A stretch of DNA of 64,000 nucleotides, from the NCBI GenBank assembly GCA_016188295.1, contig JACPIA010000003.1:30-64029 (forward strand), in the 5' to 3' direction. The translations under genes and the position numbers were made by a program. Shown here piece by piece: positions 55,966 to 64,000 of this stretch. The stretch's first letter is position 1; every line of letters begins with the position of its first letter. Source of the DNA: Candidatus Vogelbacteria bacterium (GTDB lineage Bacteria; Patescibacteriota; Minisyncoccia; Phycocordibacterales; XYD1-FULL-46-19). Under the pieces are notes generated by a model, which saw only the letters and a program-made list of their open reading frames with translations, did not search any database and was not told where the DNA came from.

Positions 55966-57141
55966 TTAAGGTGCGGTGCTAGTGGCGATATTAAGTTGAT
56001 AAGCACTATTAGTGTATTTATTAGACGGGTCCCACATCATCCAGGAATTAATACCGAGATCGTAGAGAGCTTGTTTTTGCGCTTCAATCATTTTAGCAGT
56101 ATAATCGGCACCAAGACTAAAATCTTGCAACCATGGCCGGATTTTAGCCACCGTCGAGCTGGCCGCCACCGTCTTATCGATCGCCCCTTGAGCGGCGATT
56201 TTAATCATCGCATAAGGGTGCTCCGCCGGATTAGCAAAACCATTAAAGGTCGGCGGATAATGCGAGGGATAAATCATTGGAGCTAAATAATCAAAGTGAG
56301 GTAAGGCCCGTTCCCAGACCTGGCCGATCCCTAAATCATCGTTATTGGTAGTGGTCATGCCAAATAAATCGGCCGAAATAGGGATAGTCAATAATGATAA
56401 TTGCTCGTCCAAATATTTAAAGAAAGATTCTAACGCCTCGGGTTTAGTTTGCTCATTAGAATTATAAAAACGGTAAGCAATGTCCTGCATATTACCGTCA
56501 GAAGGAAAACGGATATAATCAAAATTAAGCTCGTCAAAACCAACTTGTTCAGCCATCTTACCTACCATTACCGTGTAATCCCAAACCTCATGTGAGCCTT
56601 GATCGAGCCAACTAACGCCCTTGTGATCCCTCCACATTTCACCATCACTAGCTCGGATCACCGCTAAGTCTGGCCGCGTTTTAGACAAATGGCTATCTTG
56701 AAATACTGAAATCCGGGCAATCACGTAAATATTTTTTTCATGAAGGCGTTTGATTAAACCCTCTATATCGAGAATACGCTGACTCATACTCCCATATTTA
56801 GACATTGCGGTATTGGTCGCCGTAAAAGAGATGATGCCGGTATAATCTTTAACATCAATCACCACAGCATTAATCTCCGTTTGATCAATCAAATTGATCA
56901 ACGGTTCACGAATACTAGCGGTACCCGCTACCCAACTGGTCATATATACCGCTCGTAATGGATCAGGGGTTGGTAAATGTCGTGGTTTGGATGGAGTAAC
57001 GGCCACTGTCAGATTGTCGCTATCACCAGAAACATAAGAAGTGCTCGGCCAAATCAAACTGGAGATTAAAATTAAACCAATCAAAGCTGCCACTATCAGC
57101 AACGCTCGGCCAAATTTAGATTTAATTGCTTTCTGGGTCAT
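55966..57141 (-). CDS. putative glycoside-hydrolase-like TIM-barrel protein (DUF4015-like), membrane-anchored
   Basis: N-terminal TM. FDELNFDYIRFPSDG and AVVIDVKDYTG motifs resemble the GHL families. Low certainty. Confidence 0.35.
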   Translation of the reverse strand: MTQKAIKSKFGRALLIVAALIGLILISSLIWPSTSYVSGDSDNLTVAVTPSKPRHLPTPDPLRAVYMTSWVAGTASIREPLINLIDQTEINAVVIDVKDYTGIISFTATNTAMSKYGSMSQRILDIEGLIKRLHEKNIYVIARISVFQDSHLSKTRPDLAVIRASDGEMWRDHKGVSWLDQGSHEVWDYTVMVGKMAEQVGFDELNFDYIRFPSDGNMQDIAYRFYNSNEQTKPEALESFFKYLDEQLSLLTIPISADLFGMTTTNNDDLGIGQVWERALPHFDYLAPMIYPSHYPPTFNGFANPAEHPYAMIKIAAQGAIDKTVAASSTVAKIRPWLQDFSLGADYTAKMIEAQKQALYDLGINSWMMWDPSNKYTNSAYQLNIATSTAP

Positions 57142-57349
57142 GCCAGTCTTTGCGAGCCTCTTGATACTTAATCGCGTGGACTAACTGGCGATTAGCCACT
57201 ATCCCAAACAAAACAATCAATAAACCGGCGGCAAGTAAAATAAAATTATCAATAGTCAGAGGCAAACCCAAAAAGGGCACCAAAGCGACAACGACCCCTA
57301 AAATAGTAATAGCGCGATTGCGCCACAAAGCGCGAGTATTATCTTCCAT
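57122..57349 (-). CDS. hypothetical small membrane protein
   Basis: 75 aa with 2 TM segments. Overlaps the neighbour by 20 nt. Confidence 0.35.
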   Translation of the reverse strand: MEDNTRALWRNRAITILGVVVALVPFLGLPLTIDNFILLAAGLLIVLFGIVANRQLVHAIKYQEARKDWHDPESN

Positions 57350-57356
57350 ACGGCGA

Positions 57357-58730
57357 CTAGTATATCACAGCTTGGGCCACTTGGCCTATATCCCCAGCTC
57401 CTAAAATGACCACTAAATCGCCAGGACTAGTTGCCGCTTTAATAAAAGTGATAGCATCGGTTAATTGGGGAGTATAGTGGACTACCTTTTTTTGTTTAAC
57501 GATTAATTCAACTAGATCTCGACTGCTGATGTGAGGATCGAGCGCCTCACGGGCGGCGTAAATGTCCGTGATCGCAATAATATCAGCATCGGTAAAACTG
57601 TTAGCAAACTCTTTGAGAAGTAATTTGGTTCGACTATAGAGATGGGGCTGAAAGACGGCGATGAGCTGTCCGGGAGTAATACTTTTTTGGCGGGCGCGCA
57701 AAAATTCCCGCGCGCCCGCCAACGTGGCCCGGATCTCGGTGGGATGATGAGCGTAATCATCGTAAACCAAAGCCCCATTCTCCGTTGCACCTTTATACTC
57801 AAAACGCCGCCAAGTGCCAGCAAAATCCGCTAGAGCATTTAAGGCGACCACTTGGCTGATCCCTAAAATTTTAGCCGTCGCTATAACCGCCTTGGCATTA
57901 AGCACATTATGGACACCAGGCACTTTAAGTTTTGGTCTAATCCGACTAGCGGTCCAATCAATTATTGTACATTTAGCTTTTTTTAGCACTGGTCTTAATA
58001 CTTTATCCTTAGTATTACAAATGACATAACCATCCTCCGGCACTTTAGCCACTAACTCACCAAACGCTTTTTGAATATCTTTTAAATCTTTATAGTAATC
58101 TAGATGATCAGTCTCAATGTTGGTAATAATCACCATATTGGGGTGTAGATTTAAAAACGAGCGCTGATACTCGCAAGCCTCCACGATCAATAAATCACTG
58201 TGGCCGGCAATAAAATTAGAACCAACATTATTGTGATTTTTAATCAGACTACCAACAATCACTGTAGGATCTTTTTCAGCTTCGACGCAGACTTGAGCCA
58301 GCATCGCGGTGGTAGTGGTCTTACCGTGCGTGCCGGCGACAGCCACGGTATATTTGTCGCGGGAAATTATACCAATCATCTCCGGGTAAGTGACACAAGG
58401 TATGCCATATTTTTTAGCAATCATTAATTCCGGATTGTTAGCTGGTATCGCTATAGTATAGACCACCAAATCTAGGTCATTAGTAATATGACTGGCGGTA
58501 TGACCCTCATAAATCATTGCTCCCGCCCGCGCCAATTCCTCCGTCACTAGCGACTTACTGCGATCCGAGCCACTAACTTGTTTACCTCCGCCCAACATCA
58601 TCCGAGCAATGGCCGAGACGCCAATTCCCCCAATGCCAATAAAGTGCACCTTTCTTGCCTTGAGCAAAGTCGAAGGATTACTTCCATATATAGACTCCAT
58701 ACGTCCCCAATTAAAGCATTTTACTGACAC
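57357..58730 (-). CDS. murC: UDP-N-acetylmuramate--L-alanine ligase
   Basis: N-terminal VHFIGIGGIGVSAIARMM, Mur ligase central GTHGKTTTT and a C-terminal domain. Confidence 0.85.
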   Translation of the reverse strand: MSVKCFNWGRMESIYGSNPSTLLKARKVHFIGIGGIGVSAIARMMLGGGKQVSGSDRSKSLVTEELARAGAMIYEGHTASHITNDLDLVVYTIAIPANNPELMIAKKYGIPCVTYPEMIGIISRDKYTVAVAGTHGKTTTTAMLAQVCVEAEKDPTVIVGSLIKNHNNVGSNFIAGHSDLLIVEACEYQRSFLNLHPNMVIITNIETDHLDYYKDLKDIQKAFGELVAKVPEDGYVICNTKDKVLRPVLKKAKCTIIDWTASRIRPKLKVPGVHNVLNAKAVIATAKILGISQVVALNALADFAGTWRRFEYKGATENGALVYDDYAHHPTEIRATLAGAREFLRARQKSITPGQLIAVFQPHLYSRTKLLLKEFANSFTDADIIAITDIYAAREALDPHISSRDLVELIVKQKKVVHYTPQLTDAITFIKAATSPGDLVVILGAGDIGQVAQAVIY

Positions 58731-58753
58731 AAAAACAAAATGACAGCCAACTA

Positions 58754-58797
58754 ATTATTCCTCCCAAAAATACGCTATCGCGTATTTTTTGGTATAA
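58754..58797. repeat. P2 palindromic element, copy 2 (overlaps the -35/-10 region of the downstream gene)
   Basis: ATTATTCCTCCCAAAAATACGCtatcGCGTATTTTTGGTATAAT with 12-bp arms CCAAAAATACGC/GCGTATTTTTGG. TATAAT at 58792-58797 sits 13 nt before ATG 58811. Confidence 0.8.
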
Positions 58798-58810
58798 TCA
58801 TATTTATATT

Positions 58811-59374
58811 ATGAGAAGTAAACCCAAGAACATCCATAGCCCTCTAAAACAGAAGGTGCTTACTCTCTTGCTGGCTGGTACCGCCTTGGGACTAACCCGA
58901 TCCTACAAAACCCAAAAGAGAATCTTAAAATCCATACCTAGAACCTTGAGGGATATTGACCGGGGCTATCTGTACCGTATTCTTGATGAATTTAATAACA
59001 ACCGATTAATTGACTGGAAAGAAAAAGCTGATGGTTCTATTTGTTTGATCATTACCGAAAAAGGCAAAGAAACCGCTCTTCAATTTAACCCTGATTTTCT
59101 TAAAATCAAACGACCGCCCATTTGGGATAAGCGTTGGCGAGTAGTTATTTATGACATCCCCGATAAGAAAAAGAGCGCCCGTGACGCCCTACGATACAAA
59201 TTAAAAGAGCTCGGTTTTAAAGAGTGGCAGAAATCTGTTTTTATCCATCCCTACCCTTGTCTCAATGAAATTAACTTTACTGTCGAATTTTTTGATGTCC
59301 GGCCTTATGTCCGTTATGCCGAACTAATCAATCCAACCAATGAAGCGGAGCTTAAACTACATTTCAAAATCTAG
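58811..59374 (+). CDS. wHTH plus Cas2-like domain protein, paralog B
   Basis: C-terminal RWRVVIYDIPDKKKSARDALRYKLKELGFKEWQKSVFIHPYPCLNE is the Cas2-like core. Paralog of 47476-48051. Bracketed by inverted P2 elements. Confidence 0.55.
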   Translation: MRSKPKNIHSPLKQKVLTLLLAGTALGLTRSYKTQKRILKSIPRTLRDIDRGYLYRILDEFNNNRLIDWKEKADGSICLIITEKGKETALQFNPDFLKIKRPPIWDKRWRVVIYDIPDKKKSARDALRYKLKELGFKEWQKSVFIHPYPCLNEINFTVEFFDVRPYVRYAELINPTNEAELKLHFKI

Positions 59375-59397
59375 TAAAGATAACTCTAATTTTTACT

Positions 59398-59440
59398 ATT
59401 ATTCCATTTTATACGCGATAGCGTATTTTTGGGAGGAATC
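59398..59440. repeat. P2 palindromic element, copy 3 (inverted relative to copy 2)
   Basis: Its reverse complement GATTCCTCCCAAAAATACGCTATCGCGTATAAAATGGAATAAT shares a 28-bp identical core with copy 2. Confidence 0.8.
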
Positions 59441-59443
59441 AAC

Positions 59444-59908
59444 CTATTTTAACTTATCACTCCAATAGATAGTGATTATGTAGCGTGGCTTGGCATTGTT
59501 AAATATCACATTATGAATAACTGGTGTCCCCGACTTAGAATCATTACTAATGGCCTGATCATCACCGAGATAAAAACCAATGTGTTTATGATTTTCGCCC
59601 TTTTCGTCTATCTGGCTTTCCCAGATTAAAACCGAACCTGGTTTTAACTCTTTGGTCTTTTGCCAATCAGCTTGTTCTAAAGCCCTCGTTGTTCCATCTA
59701 CCGTGACATGAATACCATCGATTAAATCAAAAATCTTAAGGAAGGAAGAAACAAAAAAGGCACATGATAAATCTCCGCTTTTAGTAATCTCTGTTTTAAC
59801 ACCATCAACTTCCGCAAAACCGCTTTGGAACATTTTAGTCCCAACGGCATTTTTTATCATAACTAAGTAAGTCTCAAATAAAAGTGGTTTAATAACAGGC
59901 GCGTCCAT
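59444..59908 (-). CDS. putative papain-like fold cysteine peptidase/amidase (NlpC/P60-superfamily-like)
   Basis: Candidate Cys (GDLSCAFFVSS) and His (HKHIGFYLGD) in the order typical of permuted papain-like enzymes. Low certainty. Confidence 0.3.
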   Translation of the reverse strand: MDAPVIKPLLFETYLVMIKNAVGTKMFQSGFAEVDGVKTEITKSGDLSCAFFVSSFLKIFDLIDGIHVTVDGTTRALEQADWQKTKELKPGSVLIWESQIDEKGENHKHIGFYLGDDQAISNDSKSGTPVIHNVIFNNAKPRYIITIYWSDKLK

Positions 59909-59909
59909 A

Positions 59910-61292
59910 TTATATTTTCTTTACTAAATTATTAAATTGGCCACCTCTATCAAATTCATTACGAAAGATACCAAAGGAAGCGGCACCAGGTGAGAGTAAA
60001 ACCAGATCACCTCTCGTCGCTAAATCCTCGGCCTGTCGAAGAGCCTCCTTCATACTCTCCACTACGGTAACTGGGAATTTTAATTTTTTAGGCAAAACGG
60101 CTAAAATTTTATCGGTGGCAGTGCCTTTAAATAAGACTAGACCTTTTAAATATTTAGGCACAATTTGAGCGTATCGTTTAAAATCGAGCCCTTTGTCGGT
60201 ACCACCACCAATTAAGATTATCTTTCCAAGGTGAGTCCTTGGAGACTGTTTAAAGGACTCCCCTTTAGAGAGGGTGTGTACCGCTGCCATAACGGCGTCG
60301 GGGGTAGTGGCAGTGGTATCATTGTAATACTTTACCCCCTTAACCTCTTTAATCAGCTCTAGCCGCCCCGGTAAACCTTTAAAATCAACTAACACTTTTT
60401 TAATCACTTGATCTTTAACTCCCAACTCCCGCGCGGCGACTACCGCCAACATCGCATTGTATTCATTGTGGACACCTGGTATTTTTAATTGCCAACCGGT
60501 CGGTAATTTGGCTTTAGGAATAATGAGTTTACTTTTGATTTTTACTTTTGATTTTTGTTTTTTGACTTGGTTGCCCAGAATTAGTGTATCTCCCCTTTTT
60601 TGATATTTAAAATTATTAACTTTATCGGCCCAATACCGCTTCATATCACCAGCATAATAATTTAGATGATCCACCATAAAGGTGGTAAAAATGGCTAAAT
60701 GAGGAGAGAGTTTGTTGTCACCAAAACTTTGTAATTGCCAGGAGTCGAGCTCCAAAACCACAATATCACCAGCTTTTATTTTTTTTAATAAAGGCAAAGT
60801 AGCCACCCCCCTGACATTGCCACCCAAAAAAACCTTTCGGTTTTTTTGCCCTGAACCTCGTCGAAGGGCTGATTGCAATATCTTATATAGTAAATGCGTC
60901 ACCGTACTTTTACCACGTGTACCAGTAATGCCGACAATCTTTACGCTCGCTGGTACTAATTTAACAAATAATGAAGCGTCTTGTTCGATTTCAATATTAT
61001 TCTTTTTAGCCTCGGCTAAATAGGGCGAATCAAGTGGTGCATTAGGAGCTCTAATAATTAAGTTTTTATTTTGGAAGTCTTCCAGCCGATGCTCCCCTAA
61101 CACGTATTTTATATTTTTGTATTTACTTAATTGCTTAAGGGCCGGGGCTAATTGCTTGCGAGTTTTAAGATCAGTCACTAAAATATCAACGCCGCAATCA
61201 GCTAAAAATTTAATCACGCCAATACCCCGCCCAAGAAGCCCGAGGCCCATGACAGTTACCTTTTTACCTTTAAAATAATCCCGATAATCCAT
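59910..61292 (-). CDS. murD: UDP-N-acetylmuramoylalanine--D-glutamate ligase
   Basis: N-terminal KKVTVMGLGLLGRGIGVIKFL Rossmann domain, Mur ligase GTRGKST and a C-terminal domain. Confidence 0.85.
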   Translation of the reverse strand: MDYRDYFKGKKVTVMGLGLLGRGIGVIKFLADCGVDILVTDLKTRKQLAPALKQLSKYKNIKYVLGEHRLEDFQNKNLIIRAPNAPLDSPYLAEAKKNNIEIEQDASLFVKLVPASVKIVGITGTRGKSTVTHLLYKILQSALRRGSGQKNRKVFLGGNVRGVATLPLLKKIKAGDIVVLELDSWQLQSFGDNKLSPHLAIFTTFMVDHLNYYAGDMKRYWADKVNNFKYQKRGDTLILGNQVKKQKSKVKIKSKLIIPKAKLPTGWQLKIPGVHNEYNAMLAVVAARELGVKDQVIKKVLVDFKGLPGRLELIKEVKGVKYYNDTTATTPDAVMAAVHTLSKGESFKQSPRTHLGKIILIGGGTDKGLDFKRYAQIVPKYLKGLVLFKGTATDKILAVLPKKLKFPVTVVESMKEALRQAEDLATRGDLVLLSPGAASFGIFRNEFDRGGQFNNLVKKI

Positions 61293-61353
61293 ATCGAGCC
61301 TATTCTATCATACTATTGTTTTAGGACTATTTTTTTGTTATAGTCGCTTAAAT

Positions 61354-61430
61354 GCGCGTGTAGCTCAGGTGGTTAGAGCGCGTCACTGATAATGACGAGG
61401 TCGTAGGTTCGAGTCCTACCATGCGCACCA
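61354..61430 (+). tRNA. tRNA-Ile (anticodon GAT), CCA encoded
   Basis: GCGCGTGTAGCTCAGGTGGTTAGAGCG...ctGATaa...GGTTCGAGTCC...CATGCGCACCA. Candidate promoter TTGTTT-17-TATAGT lies upstream. Confidence 0.85.
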
Positions 61431-61639
61431 AAACTAACTTTGTCGGAAATGACTGCTCCGCGCGGCGAGTACGCCGCGCTCCGCAGGGCAAAATCCGCTC
61501 CTCTTTCCTAATCCTGAAAATGTCTCTACTGGTGCTGTAATTCTACACTTTGCGCGAACCTTTTTCGAACGGAAACTGAACGAAACTCACCGCGGGTTTC
61601 TCAAAGTTGTTCATTCGTAAACGAAAGGAGGTGAGAACT

Positions 61640-61795
61640 ATGGACGCGAAGCACCCCTCGCTTCTCGACCAGCTTTTCGAGTCGGTTCCCGAGACGCCCG
61701 CGGCGGAGCTTGGGTCGTACGACCCGATCACCCAGACGTGGTCGCATCGGAACGCGCGGCTCATGAGCCCGGTCAAGCACAATCAGGAGCACTAG
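61640..61795 (+). CDS. small ORF (51 aa) with strong Shine-Dalgarno; candidate peptide
   Basis: AAAGGAGGTGAgaactATG. Acidic, Ser/Thr-rich peptide MDAKHPSLLDQLFESVPETPAAELGSYDPITQTWSHRNARLMSPVKHNQEH, GC-rich. A hairpin-plus-T-run terminator lies at 61805-61850. Confidence 0.35.
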   Translation: MDAKHPSLLDQLFESVPETPAAELGSYDPITQTWSHRNARLMSPVKHNQEH

Positions 61796-61841
61796 CTCCA
61801 CAATAGCTCATCAAGAGAACTATCTTGATGGGCTATTTCTT

Positions 61842-63683
61842 TTACGCACCTAATGCAAATCGAATTGCCTTAGCTATTAACCGTACGCGAAGGTTAGTAT
61901 TAGTGAATCCTCCTATATGACCGGATCTAAACCACTCAACATCAAAGCTTTTCTTATTCTTTTTGAGCACATCAATAAAGCGTTTCATTTGACGAGGTGG
62001 ACAACGAATATCATTCTCTCCATGTAAAATAAGCAAGGGCGATTGTATATGATTCACGTAAGTTATGGGCGAACTGCGCAGATAGCGAGAGCGCGCGGTC
62101 TCCGGCGTTCCTCTAAATCTTTCCTCGTCCTGCGCCCGAAAATACGCTGGCTCATTTTCGTATTGTGTAAGACAGTCTGCGATCCCCGCGCCCGCAACAC
62201 TCGAACTCCACAATGCCGGATAGGTTCCCGTCGCAAGTAGTGTAACATACCCTCCCCACGACCATCCGTACAACGTGATGCGTTTTGGATCGGCATAGCG
62301 GTTTTGGATAAGCCAGTTTCGCGCGGAAACAATATCTTCAACTTCCCAATGTCCCGGATTACCGTATATTTTTCGTTCAAATTTCTTGCCAAACCCGATC
62401 GAGCCGCGATAATTCACCGCGCAATACCCGAAGCCGCTTTCAATCCAGGCATGCATTTCCGGCGAAAATTCATCACCAACAACCCCATGCGGACCTCCGT
62501 GTACATCTATAACGAACGGCGGCTGTTTTATGCCTTTAGGTTGCATAATCCACATCTGCACATCTTCCCCATCGGAGGAGCGAGTCCAAAGACTTTTCAC
62601 GATATATTGAGATTTGATATTTCCCGACCATTCTGGTATTTCGCTCCATTTGTTGTATTGCGACGCATAGAGACGAATCAAACGAGGAGAATTATTGAAA
62701 TCGCTCCATTTAAAAATGAGTGAATTATCTGATAGGCGTACAACTGAACCAAAGTGGAAATTAAAACTGCCATTTTTAGGACCGATCCGCCGCAGGCTTT
62801 TATTCTCTAAATTGTAGATATACAACTTTTGTTGTGCCTGATAAACATCACAAAGAATCATTTCTTTACGATTTTCATTCCAATCAAGTACCCATACATC
62901 GCCGCGGAAGGAACCGTGTTGTATAAACGAAACGCGGTTATGCGCAAAGTCGTACAGCATAGGCCGGAGCCACTCGCCGCGTCTTGCAAGAGCGAGTATT
63001 TTACGTTGATCTGCTATTCGTGAGAACGCGAGGGGAGTGACGGAGCTAAAAGAACACGAACATATTTTCCTCTCACCGCCGTTGGTCGGTATAACGAGGA
63101 TTGTGTTTTGTTTCGTTTTCACATCAGTTTCAGCCACGCACACATACGTGCCATCGGAAGAGCAAATTGATTCGGAAAGAGAAGTGGCAGAGGTATGCAC
63201 GTTATAAGTTTGACGTGTGCCGTTATTGCTTTCTTTCGTAACAAAAATAGTATTTTTATTTTCTAGAGCGGCGGTAAACACGAGTGTTTTTTCGTCATCG
63301 CTTGCGTTCATGGAGTATGAAAAATACGGCTTGAGACGCGGCGTCATATCAATTTGTTTACCACCCTCAAAAGGAATTTGTAAAAAATGACCGTGCTCAG
63401 CGCCCTTTTTGTCGTCAAGAATATAGATATATTGCCCATCCGAAGAAATTGAGCCAAAAAGAGCCCCTCCTTTTCGCCTGGTAATTTGCCGGTGAAAACC
63501 ACTCGCAAAATCAACCGCATGAAGCTGATAATCTCCGGAACGGTTGGAAACCACAATCGCTCTATGCGGCGCATTTTGCGCAGTAAATAAATACTGCACA
63601 CTCGGCGTTTTGAATAACGATTGCAGTCGCGAAATGGATATAAAACTATATCGACCAATTTGTTTTATCATACGAGGATACAT
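61842..63683 (-). CDS. S9 family serine peptidase (prolyl oligopeptidase / acylaminoacyl-peptidase-like) with N-terminal beta-propeller
   Basis: Nucleophile elbow GWSWGG and a C-terminal HGENDIRCP (Asp/His region), 613 aa. Confidence 0.75.
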   Translation of the reverse strand: MYPRMIKQIGRYSFISISRLQSLFKTPSVQYLFTAQNAPHRAIVVSNRSGDYQLHAVDFASGFHRQITRRKGGALFGSISSDGQYIYILDDKKGAEHGHFLQIPFEGGKQIDMTPRLKPYFSYSMNASDDEKTLVFTAALENKNTIFVTKESNNGTRQTYNVHTSATSLSESICSSDGTYVCVAETDVKTKQNTILVIPTNGGERKICSCSFSSVTPLAFSRIADQRKILALARRGEWLRPMLYDFAHNRVSFIQHGSFRGDVWVLDWNENRKEMILCDVYQAQQKLYIYNLENKSLRRIGPKNGSFNFHFGSVVRLSDNSLIFKWSDFNNSPRLIRLYASQYNKWSEIPEWSGNIKSQYIVKSLWTRSSDGEDVQMWIMQPKGIKQPPFVIDVHGGPHGVVGDEFSPEMHAWIESGFGYCAVNYRGSIGFGKKFERKIYGNPGHWEVEDIVSARNWLIQNRYADPKRITLYGWSWGGYVTLLATGTYPALWSSSVAGAGIADCLTQYENEPAYFRAQDEERFRGTPETARSRYLRSSPITYVNHIQSPLLILHGENDIRCPPRQMKRFIDVLKKNKKSFDVEWFRSGHIGGFTNTNLRVRLIAKAIRFALGA

Positions 63684-63733
63684 ATATTTTACTATAAGTC
63701 GATACTATAAATAAAAGAAAGGGGCGGTCGGTT

Positions 63734-64000
63734 TTACGCCGAGCCGCCCATTCGAGAAACGAGCGCATCTGCAAGAGCACGACAGATGGCGCCATTATAG
63801 AACTGGTCAAGCCACCACCACGCACCGCATGTGTTCACTTCAAGGAAAAACAGATTTCCATCCGTGTCTTCCATGAAGTCAGCCGCGCAGTAATCAAGCT
63901 GAAGCATGCGCATAAGTGAATGGAGCTTGTGTGTTGTTTCTGCATCAACATTGCAAGCCTCAAACGATTCGCCTGCGCCACTCTCTTTGCGCACGTCCTC
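63734..64000 (-). CDS. ATP-grasp family protein, C-terminal part only (gene continues beyond the window end)
   Basis: C-terminal LFFLEVNTCGAWWWLD resembles the ATP-grasp C-domain (Mg/ATP-binding E-x-N). Truncated by the window. Confidence 0.4.
   Translation of the reverse strand, partial: EDVRKESGAGESFEACNVDAETTHKLHSLMRMLQLDYCAADFMEDTDGNLFFLEVNTCGAWWWLDQFYNGAICRALADALVSRMGGSA

Noticed and set aside
1-64000. Scanned for CRISPR arrays (regularly spaced direct repeats of 24-48 bp).
   Set aside because: None found. The only repeats are palindromic (REP, P2, P3) or the long inverted repeats around the recombinase.

Overview
This window looks like a small, streamlined, moderately AT-rich bacterial genome. 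Gene content and the scattered tRNA genes are consistent with a Patescibacteria/CPR-type organism, which is an inference. The housekeeping backbone includes zupT, tsaD, valS, hsp20, lepA, murJ, a class II RNR, tag, htpX, lemA, groES/groEL, gatCA, ligA, murC, murD, RNase P RNA and nine tRNA genes. There are two type IV pilus or competence-pilus loci. A minus-strand pil cluster (31.5-42.8 kb: minor pilins, pilD, pilA, pilC, pilT, response regulator, pilB, pilMNO) is interrupted by a REP/RAYT element. A plus-strand GspE/GspF/pseudopilin operon (48.5-53.1 kb) encodes an LVIVD-repeat pilin-like protein. Several accessory or mobile features stand out. (1) A hicAB toxin-antitoxin cassette sits between tRNA-Gly and an RNHCP gene, bounded by a 43-bp direct duplication. 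(2) A REP-like palindrome family (gtcaaggcSNSgccttgac) occurs with its RAYT transposase. (3) A large serine recombinase sits next to tRNA-Ser(GCT), within nested ~105-bp GC-rich inverted repeats that also bracket an exported-protein gene. (4) Two paralogous wHTH plus Cas2-like-domain genes are each bracketed by palindromic repeat elements, and a third copy of one palindrome lies upstream of a tandem pair of paralogous unknown-function genes. (5) A tRNA-Ile-adjacent GC-rich segment carries a 51-aa ORF with a strong SD, an S9 peptidase and a partial ATP-grasp gene. (6) A gene-decay zone holds Nudix and MBL-fold fragments and a perfect 19-bp-arm palindrome. No CRISPR array was seen.
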